A DNA stretch of 47,462 nucleotides from Alphaproteobacteria bacterium UBA3307 (GTDB taxonomy: Bacteria; Pseudomonadota; Alphaproteobacteria; RF32; CAG-239): positions 1 to 47,462 of the forward strand of contig DEST01000099.1 in the NCBI GenBank assembly GCA_002361365.1, read 5' to 3'. Both the position numbers and the translations under genes were made by a program. A model generated the notes under the pieces. The model was not told the DNA's origin, searched no databases, and saw only the letters and a program-made list of their open reading frames with translations. Of the stretch, positions 37,855 through 47,462 are shown piece after piece (the first letter of the stretch is position 1; each line of letters opens with the position of its first letter).

Positions 37855-38221
37855 TTTTTTCCTCGTGTACCGGTTTGTACACGTCGTCGAAAAAGCACGG
37901 CGCATCTGACTCATTAATCGAACTTTTTAGGCACTGTTCAAGCCAAGTGTACCGGTTTGTACACGTCGTCAAAAAAGCACGGCGCATCTGACTCATTGAT
38001 CGGACTTTTCAGGCGCAGTTTCAGCCAAGTGTACCGGTTTGTACACGTCGTCGAAAAAGCACGGCGCATCTGACTCATTAATCGGACTTTTTAGGCGCAG
38101 TTTCAGCCAAGTGTACCGGTTTGTACACGTCGTCGAAAAAGCACGGCTCATCTGGCTCATTAATCGGACTTTTCAGGCACAGTTTATGTCTAGTGCCACC
38201 AGTCTGTACACAAGGAAAAAA
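37855..38221. repeat. Tandem array of four 82-bp units plus a degenerate fifth head, bounded by 16-bp inverted repeats
   Basis: Units start at 37865, 37947, 38029 and 38111 (degenerate at 38193), each beginning GTGTAC-CGGTTT-GTACAC; terminal IR TTTTTTCCTCGTGTAC / GTACACAAGGAAAAAA. Confidence 0.9.
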
Positions 38222-38356
38222 TGGCAACACCCGAGCATTTTTTTGTGATAACAATGTCAGTTATTTTTATGAACTTATCGCATTATAGATATAACCTCTT
38301 TACAATTGCGATAATGTTGTATAAATTAAATCAGTTGCCTAAAAGAGCGAGGTGAG

Positions 38357-39688
38357 ATGATTTATAAATATGCGCTTTATCAGATGTCTGAATTTCAGTT
38401 GCCGCTGCCGGAGAACTTTTTTGAGTTTACGGCAAGGGTGGTTGCAAAGTATGTGCATATCAAAAAATTGATTGAGCAAAATTTTGGTCCGGATGGTATA
38501 GTGCTGCTCGCTCTGCTCATTTTTTTGCTGTTGCTGATTATGGTAATATATGCACATTCGATAATATATACCATAAAAGAGGGAAAATCTCAACCTTTAG
38601 CAGAAATAATAGAGCATGATAATGAGCTTTTTATGGATACGGAAGTTGTGGAATCCGCTAATGATAATGAACCGGAAACTCCGCTCTATGATGAACAGGA
38701 AAAAGCTCAGATGGAAAAAGAACGCGAACTTTCTGCCGATATTGTGCGTATTTCCGAAGAAAGTGATGATTTTTTGAATTTACGTCAAGATTATGTTGCA
38801 CTAAAACAAAAAATGCAAAAGCAAATGCAAGAAAAATCAGAAAATTTGCAACAACCCGCACTGCAAACACCGCAAGAACAGGAAATAACCAATATACCTA
38901 CCGGCAGAAATCAAGATTTTGTGCTGTTGATTTTGAATTTGTTGGCACGCGGCGTGAGCGAGGCTAAAATCATACAGGCTTTGTTTTACTATTATAAATC
39001 GGCGCTGAAAGAAGAAGATGTGCGGCAAATTGTGCGTTCCGTACGTGATTTTTTAGGGATTTGCAATGCCGGAAAATTTGCAATTTTGCCTGATGCCGAA
39101 AAATTACCGCCGCCGGCAGACGCAATTTATGAATTGGCACACGGAAATTCGGCAAAATGCTTGTTTTTATTGCAGTCATTGCTGAATTATCAAATGGAAC
39201 TCGCCGATTCTGTTAGTGGGGTATTGCAAGATTTGAACTATGCAATCGCCGCTAATTATGCTTGTCTGATAGGCAATTTAGCACGTTTGGACGATATTGA
39301 TTTGGCTCATAATTCTTTTGAATTGGCAACAGAGATTTCACCGCAAAATGTTGGGGCGTGGAATCGTTTGGGTGATATGTATATGCTTGAAAATGCAACG
39401 CAAAAGGCGTTGATTGCCTTTCAAAATGTTCTGGATATTGCCGATAAAATTATGTATGCTCCGCAAATTGCCGATGCACAGCAATATCTGGCAGCCTATT
39501 TTATGCAAATGGGACTGACCGAAAAAGCCGAACAAATGCGTCAGGACAGCGATCGCTTTTATGATACTTCGGGAATTAGAACCCCGCTTACCAACGCGGA
39601 AAATATGGCATTTCAGGCCATTTTGAATACCGGTACACAAAATTTGTCAGCCAGCATTAAAGCTTTGCTTAGTGCGGAAAATGCGTAA
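38357..39688 (+). CDS. Membrane-anchored hypothetical protein with C-terminal TPRs
   Basis: Hydrophobic TM segment, coiled-coil, FELATEISPQNVGAWNRLGDMY TPR motif. Confidence 0.75.
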   Translation: MIYKYALYQMSEFQLPLPENFFEFTARVVAKYVHIKKLIEQNFGPDGIVLLALLIFLLLLIMVIYAHSIIYTIKEGKSQPLAEIIEHDNELFMDTEVVESANDNEPETPLYDEQEKAQMEKERELSADIVRISEESDDFLNLRQDYVALKQKMQKQMQEKSENLQQPALQTPQEQEITNIPTGRNQDFVLLILNLLARGVSEAKIIQALFYYYKSALKEEDVRQIVRSVRDFLGICNAGKFAILPDAEKLPPPADAIYELAHGNSAKCLFLLQSLLNYQMELADSVSGVLQDLNYAIAANYACLIGNLARLDDIDLAHNSFELATEISPQNVGAWNRLGDMYMLENATQKALIAFQNVLDIADKIMYAPQIADAQQYLAAYFMQMGLTEKAEQMRQDSDRFYDTSGIRTPLTNAENMAFQAILNTGTQNLSASIKALLSAENA

Positions 39689-39788
39689 TATACGCTGTTA
39701 ATTGTTGTTAATCCGCCTTGAAGAAAACAAAAAATTGTGATATTTGACTCTGTAGGATAATAAAATATCATTAAGGAGTAATAACATT

Positions 39789-41954
39789 ATGAGCAAAAAT
39801 CGTCTGATGCTTTTGGCAGCATTGTTAGCTGTTTTGGTAATTGCCGTAAAACTTGATATAAAGCCGAAAATCAATACTGATAAATTACGCCAAGAAGCCG
39901 CTGTTCCGCACGCTTCTCTCTATGAAACCAAGCATTCCGACGGAGTGGAAAAAGACTATTATTCAACCGGAACTTTGCGCTCGGAAACGCCATACGTTAA
40001 CGGAGTGCGGCATGGTACACTCAAACAGTATTATCCTAACGGACAGCTCAAGGCAGAAATGAATTTTGTGAACGGTGTGCAAGAGGGAGAAACTAAAACT
40101 TATTATCAAGACGGTAAGGTAGAAAAAATCTACACCTATAAAAATGACCAACTTAACGGACCGGCAAAATCATACTCCGAAGCCGGTAATCTGGCCAGCG
40201 AAACCACCTTTAAAAATAATAAGCAATATGGTGCAGAAACACTCTATTATCCGGATGGAGCGGTATATTCTCATTTGGATTTGAATGATGAAGGTAAGCT
40301 ACACGGCAAAATGATAGAATATTATCCGGACGGAACTATGATGAGCGAAACTCCTTATGAACAAGATAAAGCAGAAGGAACTGCCCGCGAATATTATGAA
40401 AACGGTAAATTGTATCAAACAACCGATTATATGCATAATCTTATAGATGGTTTTCAAACAATTTATGATGAAAACGGAAATATGATGTCTAAAATTCCGT
40501 ATAAGGCCGGAAAAATAGATGGTTTGGCTTTGGCGTATTATCCGAACAAGAACTTAAAGCAAGAAATAAACTATGTAAATGATAGTCGCGAAGGGTATTT
40601 TAAGCAATATTTTGAAAACGGTAAAATATCTTCGGAAGCTGTTTTCAAAAACGATAAGCTTAATTCGGTCATGACCCTATATTATGAAGATGGCAAAAAA
40701 TATGCCGAACTGCCGTATGTTGATGGAAAACTTTCCGGTAAAGCGATTATGTACTATCCGTCGGGAGCTAAACTTTCGGAAGTTACGTTTGCAGAAGATT
40801 TAATGCAAGGACATGAAATAGAATATTATGAAAACGGGCAAAAAAAACACGACTACATTTATTCAAAAGGAGTTCCTAACGGGGCGGCAACCGAGTATTA
40901 TGAAAACGGCAAAGTAAAACAGACCACAACGTATAGTCAAGGTAAAGTGAATAGTTTTGTGGTTAGTTATGATGCAAATGGCAATAAGATTTTTGAGGCA
41001 AAATATTTAAATGATGTTATCAATGGCAAGGCCGCTTATTATCAGGCCGGAGGTAAAAAAATCGGCGAAATTGTACCATTTGAAAACGGTGTGATTTCCG
41101 GTGATATAGAAACTAAAGGCGAACGCGGTAATACTGAACAAAAAGTGGTGTTTAAGGATGGCGTATATCAAGGCATTGTCTATGGTTATTTTCCTAACGG
41201 AAATGTGAAATATCGCTTAGAAACACCGACTAAAGGTGTGCCTGCAGACAAGCTTTATTATAACGCTTCCGGTCAAGCTGTGCCGGAGAACTTGACAGGA
41301 ACGCTCACTGTGTATAATAAGGACGGCTCAGAGCAGGCAGAAGTACCATATCTTAACGGTAAGATTACCGGTAATCTTAAGACTTATTATCCGGATTCTC
41401 CTATGGTGCAAATAGAGGCCGAAGTTACGGACGGACAATATGATGGTATATATAAAGAATACGGCGAAAACGGGCAACTTATTGTTGATACTAAATATGT
41501 TGGCGGTAATGTGGCAGATACAATGAAAATATATTATGATAACGGTAAACCATTGATGACAATTCCGTTTGTTAGGAACAAAATGGAAGGCGAAGCAATC
41601 GGATATTATGAAAATGGAAAAAAGGCTTTTGTTATTCCGTATAAAAATGATAAAATCAACGGCTTGCTGACGGTTTATTTTCCAACCGGTAAAGTCAAAA
41701 CCGAGAAAATGTATCAAAACAATAAATGGGAGGAAAAAGAATACCGTGAATATGATGAAAACGGCAAGCTTTTATACGAAATTGCCGATGATGGTTATGG
41801 CGTAAAATATTATAAAACAGATTCTTCTGGTAATAAGTCAGAAATGACAGATTTAGAAAAAACTATGCTGCAACAGCAACTTGTTACAGATAATTTAAGT
41901 GATTTAAGTGCCGAAGAATTGTATAAATATTTGGAAAAAGCTCCGATATTCTAA
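39789..41954 (+). CDS. Exported MORN-variant (YwqK-like) repeat protein
   Basis: N-terminal hydrophobic anchor followed by more than 20 repeats of G....YY.NG. Confidence 0.88.
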   Translation: MSKNRLMLLAALLAVLVIAVKLDIKPKINTDKLRQEAAVPHASLYETKHSDGVEKDYYSTGTLRSETPYVNGVRHGTLKQYYPNGQLKAEMNFVNGVQEGETKTYYQDGKVEKIYTYKNDQLNGPAKSYSEAGNLASETTFKNNKQYGAETLYYPDGAVYSHLDLNDEGKLHGKMIEYYPDGTMMSETPYEQDKAEGTAREYYENGKLYQTTDYMHNLIDGFQTIYDENGNMMSKIPYKAGKIDGLALAYYPNKNLKQEINYVNDSREGYFKQYFENGKISSEAVFKNDKLNSVMTLYYEDGKKYAELPYVDGKLSGKAIMYYPSGAKLSEVTFAEDLMQGHEIEYYENGQKKHDYIYSKGVPNGAATEYYENGKVKQTTTYSQGKVNSFVVSYDANGNKIFEAKYLNDVINGKAAYYQAGGKKIGEIVPFENGVISGDIETKGERGNTEQKVVFKDGVYQGIVYGYFPNGNVKYRLETPTKGVPADKLYYNASGQAVPENLTGTLTVYNKDGSEQAEVPYLNGKITGNLKTYYPDSPMVQIEAEVTDGQYDGIYKEYGENGQLIVDTKYVGGNVADTMKIYYDNGKPLMTIPFVRNKMEGEAIGYYENGKKAFVIPYKNDKINGLLTVYFPTGKVKTEKMYQNNKWEEKEYREYDENGKLLYEIADDGYGVKYYKTDSSGNKSEMTDLEKTMLQQQLVTDNLSDLSAEELYKYLEKAPIF

Positions 41955-41966
41955 AGAGGTAATAAG

Positions 41967-42176
41967 ATGGAAGAACAAGAAATTCGCACTCGCTTGATAG
42001 AAATAGAAATGAGCCTTGATAATCAGCAACGAGCAATAGATGATTTAAGCGAAATGTTAATTAAACAAGGAAAAGTTATTGAATATTTGCAGAAACAAAA
42101 TGAGTGGCTTAAAAATAATCTGAGTCAAGATGTGGTTAAACCGTTGGCAGAAGAAACTCCGCCTCCGCACTATTAA
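41967..42176 (+). CDS. slyX: SlyX family protein
   Basis: RLIEIE...QQRAIDDLSE coiled-coil and C-terminal PPPHY. Confidence 0.88.
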   Translation: MEEQEIRTRLIEIEMSLDNQQRAIDDLSEMLIKQGKVIEYLQKQNEWLKNNLSQDVVKPLAEETPPPHY

Positions 42177-42209
42177 GGTAATAATTAAAAGATAAAAAGG
42201 ACTTAAAAT

Positions 42210-43001
42210 ATGCGTGTTGTAATAAAAAATGATTATGAAGAACTTTCTCGTTGGGCAGCAGATTATGTGGTTTATCGCATAAATAAGCATAAGCCTAATC
42301 CCAAACATCTGTTTGTGCTGGGGCTGCCATCCGGTTCAACTCCGCTCGGTATGTTTAAATATTTGGCGCAATATTACAAAGAAGGGAAGGTTTCATTTGC
42401 AAATGTTGTGTTTTTCGGAATGGGAGAATATGTAGGAATATCCGCCGGAGACGAACACGGTTTTCAGTATTTTTTATGGGATAAGTTTTTAAAATATGTC
42501 AATATCAAAAAAGAACACGTTTATTTTTTAGATGGTATGACCACCAATTTTGCTAAAGAGTGTGCTAATTATGAGGCAACAATCAAAAAATACGGCGGAG
42601 TGGATTTATTTATAGGCGGAGTAGGGGTTGATGGACATATTGCATTTAATGAGCCTTATTCTTCACTTTGTTCTCATACACGCGTAAAGGTTTTGACACC
42701 GAGCACGCTTAAAGCCAATTCGCGCTTTTTTGATAATGATGTTTCTAAAGTTCCGCCGCAAGTGTTGACTATCGGAATTGCCACAATGATGGAGGCACAA
42801 GAGGTTATGATTATGGCTACCGGTGCGCACAAAGCTGAGGCAGTTAAGCAGGCAATTGAAGGCAGTATAACTCACGTCTGGCCTGTGAGTGTGTTGCAGC
42901 AGCATCCTCATGGTATTATTGCGTGTGATGAAAGCGCAACAGCAAAGTTAGAGCGTGAAACAGTCGAGTATTTTAAAGAAATTGATAAAAATAAATTTTG
43001 A
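42210..43001 (+). CDS. nagB: Glucosamine-6-phosphate deaminase homolog (Asp72 replaced)
   Basis: FVLGLPSGSTP, GGVGVDGHIAFNEP, NSRFF, LTIGI, LQQHP; the NMDEY motif reads GMGEY. Confidence 0.85.
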   Translation: MRVVIKNDYEELSRWAADYVVYRINKHKPNPKHLFVLGLPSGSTPLGMFKYLAQYYKEGKVSFANVVFFGMGEYVGISAGDEHGFQYFLWDKFLKYVNIKKEHVYFLDGMTTNFAKECANYEATIKKYGGVDLFIGGVGVDGHIAFNEPYSSLCSHTRVKVLTPSTLKANSRFFDNDVSKVPPQVLTIGIATMMEAQEVMIMATGAHKAEAVKQAIEGSITHVWPVSVLQQHPHGIIACDESATAKLERETVEYFKEIDKNKF

Positions 43002-43027
43002 TATTAATAACAAAATGCCTTTGAACC

Positions 43028-43074
43028 GTCATAAAATGTAACATAAATAACCAAAATGTCATAAAAATGTAACA
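43028..43074 (+). promoter_or_regulatory. Direct repeats resembling a Pho box (OmpR/PhoB-type site)
   Basis: GTCATAAAATGTAAC (43028) and TGTCATAAAAATGTAAC (43057), upstream of ORF 43137. Confidence 0.45.
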
Positions 43075-43136
43075 CAAAATATAAAAAAAGTATGTTATGG
43101 TATATCTATAGTGTTATTTGAAAAAGGAGCAGAAGT

Positions 43137-44609
43137 ATGAAAAAAAGATTTCTATTATGTTGCGGCATATTTTTGTTTTCTGCAATAGCGGATTTAGCAA
43201 GAGCGTCTATTTGTTATTTGCCGGAAGGGTGTGCGGATGAAGAAAATAAATATGTTTCGGTTTCTATGTGTACACAAGCCGGAGGATATTATAAAAAATC
43301 ATTTGCTCCAACCGGATATGATTGTGTTTCAGCCGAATCTGATTGTCCGGGAATGGTTTATTGCAAACCGGGGCCTTGTATGCAAAAAGGATTTACTTAT
43401 TCCGGTCCCAAAGTTGATGAAGATGCATGGCAATATATTACTTGTCCGGAAGATTCATCAATGTATAAACGTGTTGCATTGCCTTGTGAAGAAGGGTTTT
43501 CCACTTCTGTGCGGGCTTCAAGTTGCGCACTTGGTTTCATAACTTCTCATAAATCAGGGGATTATGCATGCGGCAAATGTTCTGATGAGCCGCAAGATGA
43601 CGGAGCTTGCGAGGCAAATAATCTGTTTTCGGTAGGTCATAAGGAAGAAGGTTGTCAAATTTGCTACAGCAAAGATATAACTGTTGATGGAAAAACAGTC
43701 AGTTGTATAGAATGTAAAGACTTCTCGGCAAGCTATTTCTCATCTGCAGAGATTCAATATAACGGATGTATTAAAAATGTCGGAAAGGCAGAAGATTTGT
43801 CAGAAAACGGTATTACTGTTTCTTGTTATAAAAAAACAAAAATATCTTATAAAAATGCCACTGAAGCTGGTTGCCATAAAGATAACTACGATGCAGTAAA
43901 CTGTACTTGTACCGGTGAAGACGATGGTTGTCCGGACGGATATTTCAAAGAAGTTTTTGGTTCTTGTCCGGGCGGTTCTCACTTAGCTAAGGCAAGTGAC
44001 GGTTCATTGTGTTTATCTTGTGTGGAAGAAGTATGCTCTGGTAAGGTTTCTACGATGTCGGCAGGAGAAACTACGGCGCCGGTTGCTTTAAAAGCGAGAA
44101 CCAGAGTAGTATCAATGCAAACAATGTCTGATGATAAAACTGCGGCGCCGGTTGCTTTAAAAGCGAGAACCAGAGTAGTATCAATGCAAACAATGTCTGA
44201 TGATAAAACTGTGGCGCCGGTCGTTTTGAATAAAGTTACCTTAGTAGAAGAAACACAGCCAAATATATCGGATGGAACTAAAACTGTTCGTTCCTATGTT
44301 AATAAGGACGGAGGTATATGTACAGAAGAATGTTTACAAAATAATGCAAATATATCAGGTATAATTGATACTTCCTGCAGTTCCACATGTGTATCAGCAT
44401 CATATTATATGGCAAATGTAGCTTCCAGTGCTCATCCTGGTTCTGGTTCTCGTTATAGTTCTGCAACCGGAGGGAATGGCTCCGGAGGGAATGGCTCGAG
44501 CGGTGATGGAAATCGAGCTGGTTCACGGGGGGCGACTATTATCGGAAGTAGACCAAATTGTACCATTAGAAGTGTACTTAGTGGTAATGCGGTAGTATTT
44601 GGTAAATAG
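43137..44609 (+). CDS. Secreted cysteine-rich protein with internal 23-aa duplication and Gly/Ser-rich tail
   Basis: AAGGAG RBS, signal peptide, many Cys (CxxC, CP), SATGGNGSGGNGSSG. Confidence 0.8.
   Translation: MKKRFLLCCGIFLFSAIADLARASICYLPEGCADEENKYVSVSMCTQAGGYYKKSFAPTGYDCVSAESDCPGMVYCKPGPCMQKGFTYSGPKVDEDAWQYITCPEDSSMYKRVALPCEEGFSTSVRASSCALGFITSHKSGDYACGKCSDEPQDDGACEANNLFSVGHKEEGCQICYSKDITVDGKTVSCIECKDFSASYFSSAEIQYNGCIKNVGKAEDLSENGITVSCYKKTKISYKNATEAGCHKDNYDAVNCTCTGEDDGCPDGYFKEVFGSCPGGSHLAKASDGSLCLSCVEEVCSGKVSTMSAGETTAPVALKARTRVVSMQTMSDDKTAAPVALKARTRVVSMQTMSDDKTVAPVVLNKVTLVEETQPNISDGTKTVRSYVNKDGGICTEECLQNNANISGIIDTSCSSTCVSASYYMANVASSAHPGSGSRYSSATGGNGSGGNGSSGDGNRAGSRGATIIGSRPNCTIRSVLSGNAVVFGK
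44068..44221 (+). repeat. In-frame 69-bp tandem duplication
   Basis: APVALKARTRVVSMQTMSDDKT twice, near-identical DNA, period 69 (44074, 44143). Confidence 0.9.
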
Positions 44610-44628
44610 TGAAATTTATCTTGTAAAG

Positions 44629-44657
44629 AAAAGCAGGGCGATTAATACCCTGCTTTT
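44629..44657. terminator. Bidirectional intrinsic terminator
   Basis: AAAAGCAGGG-N9-CCCTGCTTTT. Confidence 0.8.
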
Positions 44658-44679
44658 TGTGTTGTATCTTATTTTTAGA

Positions 44680-45597
44680 CTATCTCAAAATGGTGTTTTC
44701 TGTAAATTCAAAACCTCGTAACAGCTCGGCAGTTGACATTGTACGTTTGCCTTGTCTTTGAATTTGCGTAACTTCCAGTGCACCATCTGCTGTTGCAATA
44801 ATTAAAGCAGTTTTACCATTTAAAATTGTACCCGGGGTATTTGGTTGTGGCGCAGATACGATATTAGCTTTTAAAACTTTGAAACGTTCATCATTATATT
44901 CAAAAAACATTGCCGGATACGGATTGAACGCACGAATTTTATTATATAAATCGCGTGAAGATAAACAAAAATTTATTTTGCATTCATTTTTATCCAATTT
45001 AGGCGCGTAACAACTTAACTTGTCGTTTTGCGGTTGCGGAGGATATTTTTTGATATCAGCCAAAAACTGCGTAATCAATTCAGCACCGATTATGGCTAGT
45101 TTGTCGTGCAATTCACCGCCGGTCATTTGTTCGGTAATGCAAACACTTCCTTTGAGCAACATGTCTCCGGTATCTAATCCTTCCGCCATTTGCATAATGG
45201 TAACGCCGCTGACGGAATCGCCGGCCTCAATGGCACGTTGAATCGGTGCAGCACCGCGCCAACGCGGCAAAAGCGACGCATGTATGTTGACGCATCCCAG
45301 CGGAAATGCTTCTAAAATTGGTTTTGGTAAAATCAATCCATAAGCCGCAATTATCGCTACATCGGCTTTTAAATCAGCAAATCTTTTTTGTTCTTCTATA
45401 TCTCGCAAAGTTTTCGGAGTACGAACTTCAATACCTTTTTCTTGGGCAAATAGGTGTACCGGAGTTTTATTCAGCCTATTACCCCGACCGGAAATTTTCG
45501 GTTCGCGAGTATATACACATACTACATTATGCTCAGAGCTTAAACATCGGAGCGCCGGAACAGCAAAATCCGGCGTTCCCATAAATACAATATTCAT
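44680..45597 (-). CDS. fmt: Methionyl-tRNA formyltransferase
   Basis: FMGTPDFAV, NIHASLLPRWRGAAPIQRAI, GLDTGDM. Confidence 0.97.
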   Translation of the reverse strand: MNIVFMGTPDFAVPALRCLSSEHNVVCVYTREPKISGRGNRLNKTPVHLFAQEKGIEVRTPKTLRDIEEQKRFADLKADVAIIAAYGLILPKPILEAFPLGCVNIHASLLPRWRGAAPIQRAIEAGDSVSGVTIMQMAEGLDTGDMLLKGSVCITEQMTGGELHDKLAIIGAELITQFLADIKKYPPQPQNDKLSCYAPKLDKNECKINFCLSSRDLYNKIRAFNPYPAMFFEYNDERFKVLKANIVSAPQPNTPGTILNGKTALIIATADGALEVTQIQRQGKRTMSTAELLRGFEFTENTILR

Positions 45598-47462
45598 CAG
45601 TCGTTTAGTCCCATTCTGCCGTATTCAACCTTGACCTTATAATTAGAAGCAAAATCTTTAAGAACAGCTTCACTCATATTACTGATAATGTTGTTATACA
45701 AAACTTGCTTCAGTTGGTCTTTTTCTTGTGCACTTAAAGCAGCCGAATCATCATAAATATTCGTTGTTGTGGCAATCAGATAATTATCGCCTGAGGTCAG
45801 TACAACAGGTTCATCTTTAGCCGCGGCAAATAAATCTTTCATATTTTCCAACGAAGCATCACCGAGTGTTTCTGCACGTGAAAGCGGTCGACTACTGATA
45901 AGATTAAGACCATAGCGTTTGGCAATGCTTGATAAATCTTCGCCGGCCTCAATATCTGCATTGATATTTTCTATTTTTTCTTGGGTTACGGCAATCAATT
46001 CGTTTTCGTGCCATATTTTGCGTAATTGTGTTTCGGCGTCTTCACGCGGAAGCTTGTGAGTATCATAAATTTTATCGACAACAGCAACCGCAAGTCCTTC
46101 ATCTGTTTCAATTGCCTGCGTAGTCTCACCTTCGTTATAAGAAAACACCGTGTCAATAAAATCTCGATTAGTAATCACATCTTTGAGTGATGTAGGTACA
46201 ACGTCAGCTTTGCCGGTTTCATCAAGTGCTTTGACTGTCAAAATCTGCGAATTGTAAGCTGCTGCAATTTCGTTTAATGGCATACCGGCACCGATTTTAT
46301 CTTCAATTTCCGCCAAAATAGCTTCATTACCATCGTATGATTTTTCAAGTCTTATGGCGTTGATGATTTGCGGAACAATTTGAGCTTTATCAGCTTTGCT
46401 GGCAGCTTTAATGTCCGTAACCTTGACGATTTGCCAACTGTCGGCAATTTGTGTCGGTGCAGATATTGTGCCATTTAAGAGAGAAAATACGACTTCTCCT
46501 AAATCTTCTGACATATCATTTTTGCTGACGTAGCCTAAGCTGATATCTTGCTGATTTTGACCATTTGCGGCGGCAACCGTCATAAAATCGACTCCGTCTG
46601 TCAGTTCCTTATATGCAGTATTTGCGCTGTTTTCATCATCAAACACCATTTGCAAAACATTGCGTTGCTCCGGCTGCTCATATTCATCAATATGCTCTTT
46701 ATAATATGTCTCAATTTCTTCCGGAGTAACATCTATTGTGGCATCAATTGCGTCTTGTGATAAATACATTACAGATACATCGCGCTTTTCAGGTACAGTC
46801 AGTTCCTCAGTCATGTCATCATAAATTTGGTCAAGTTCTTCGGCGCTAGGCTGACGAGTAACAGGAGCATCTGCAGTGTTTATTTTGACATATTTGAAAG
46901 TACGACGTTGTCCTAAAACTTTTTCCATTTGTTTTTGTTCAACAGCCGGAACATTGGCGTTTGCAATCGGTATTTCTACCAACAAACGGCGCGCCATATT
47001 GCGTTTAACATCTTGCATTACCTCTTTTTCTGACTTGCCGCTACTGCTTAAATAGGCTTTATAGGCTTGACGGTCAAATTGTCCGTTGGTGCTGAATTCC
47101 GGACTGAGGGTTATTATTTGAGCTATTGTATTGGCGGAAAAATCGACTTTATTTTTTTTCATCATATTTTCCAGAATTGCATCATTGAGTTTGCTGTTTG
47201 CCAACACCCGAGCCACTTTTGTTTTTAACTCATCAGCGGCGTCTTCGTCCAAATCACCGGTTAAGGTGCGTAATTTCATCATTTCGCGTTGCAACATATA
47301 CGAAAATTCACTCTGTGAAATTTGAATATCATCGACCTGAATCACTGCTTTGTTGTTGGCGGCGGAATTGATATATCCGGAAACACCGAACAGAGACATA
47401 AAACTCAAAGCCGTAATTGTTAAAATGATTTTGGTGAACCAACTGTCACGCATTTGTGCAAA
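45597..47462 (-). CDS. ppiD: PpiD-like periplasmic chaperone (SurA N-terminal plus rotamase domains); start probably just outside the window
   Basis: N-terminal TM (ITALSFMSLFGV), NGQFDRQAY, YEQPEQR, DFMTVA, LGYV; the frame stays open (FAQM) to the right edge. Confidence 0.8.
   Translation of the reverse strand, partial: FAQMRDSWFTKIILTITALSFMSLFGVSGYINSAANNKAVIQVDDIQISQSEFSYMLQREMMKLRTLTGDLDEDAADELKTKVARVLANSKLNDAILENMMKKNKVDFSANTIAQIITLSPEFSTNGQFDRQAYKAYLSSSGKSEKEVMQDVKRNMARRLLVEIPIANANVPAVEQKQMEKVLGQRRTFKYVKINTADAPVTRQPSAEELDQIYDDMTEELTVPEKRDVSVMYLSQDAIDATIDVTPEEIETYYKEHIDEYEQPEQRNVLQMVFDDENSANTAYKELTDGVDFMTVAAANGQNQQDISLGYVSKNDMSEDLGEVVFSLLNGTISAPTQIADSWQIVKVTDIKAASKADKAQIVPQIINAIRLEKSYDGNEAILAEIEDKIGAGMPLNEIAAAYNSQILTVKALDETGKADVVPTSLKDVITNRDFIDTVFSYNEGETTQAIETDEGLAVAVVDKIYDTHKLPREDAETQLRKIWHENELIAVTQEKIENINADIEAGEDLSSIAKRYGLNLISSRPLSRAETLGDASLENMKDLFAAAKDEPVVLTSGDNYLIATTTNIYDDSAALSAQEKDQLKQVLYNNIISNMSEAVLKDFASNYKVKVEYGRMGLND

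Noticed and set aside
37865-38211. CRISPR array
   Set aside because: The intervening 64-bp segments are near-identical rather than unique, the palindrome is only 18 bp, and there are no cas genes.
37802-38248. ORFs 37802..37996 and 38039..38248
   Set aside because: Translations of the non-triplet 82-bp repeat; no RBS.
39789-42176. Toxin-antitoxin module (YwqK-like plus small ORF)
   Set aside because: The small ORF is SlyX; no toxin domain is nearby.
5013-47325. Numerous short antisense or alternate-frame ORFs in the track (e.g. 8619..9044, 9878..10237, 23898..24419, 37113..37505)
   Set aside because: Shadows of well-supported genes, without RBS or recognisable motifs.

Overview
Low-GC bacterial chromosome segment, most likely from an alphaproteobacterium (rne/amiC/mrcA/prfB synteny and an RNase E with a long S1 insertion). 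Positions 1-4.6 kb are the AT-rich end of a genomic island integrated at tRNA-Gln(CTG). This end carries a DUF6538-type tyrosine integrase, two convergent serine recombinases (one Mpi-like) and a secreted-protein gene. At 7.0-12.8 kb is a tightly coupled minus-strand cluster: tatA-tatC, a Tat-signal aldo/keto reductase with two [4Fe-4S] motifs, larB-larC-larE and a Ni transporter. It encodes nickel-pincer nucleotide (NPN) biosynthesis with no larA and sits behind a MerR-type promoter; this is the best candidate for an undescribed system. The rest is housekeeping genes (ychF, bepA-like, rne, amiC, mrcA, prfB with +1 frameshift, AsmA-like, Lon-like, clpP, clpX, slyX, nagB-like, fmt, ppiD) mixed with orphan genes. 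Also present are two probable pseudo-enzymes, a C4/CI-like structured RNA leader and an 82-bp tandem array bounded by inverted repeats. All calls are by eye from motifs; no database searches were run.
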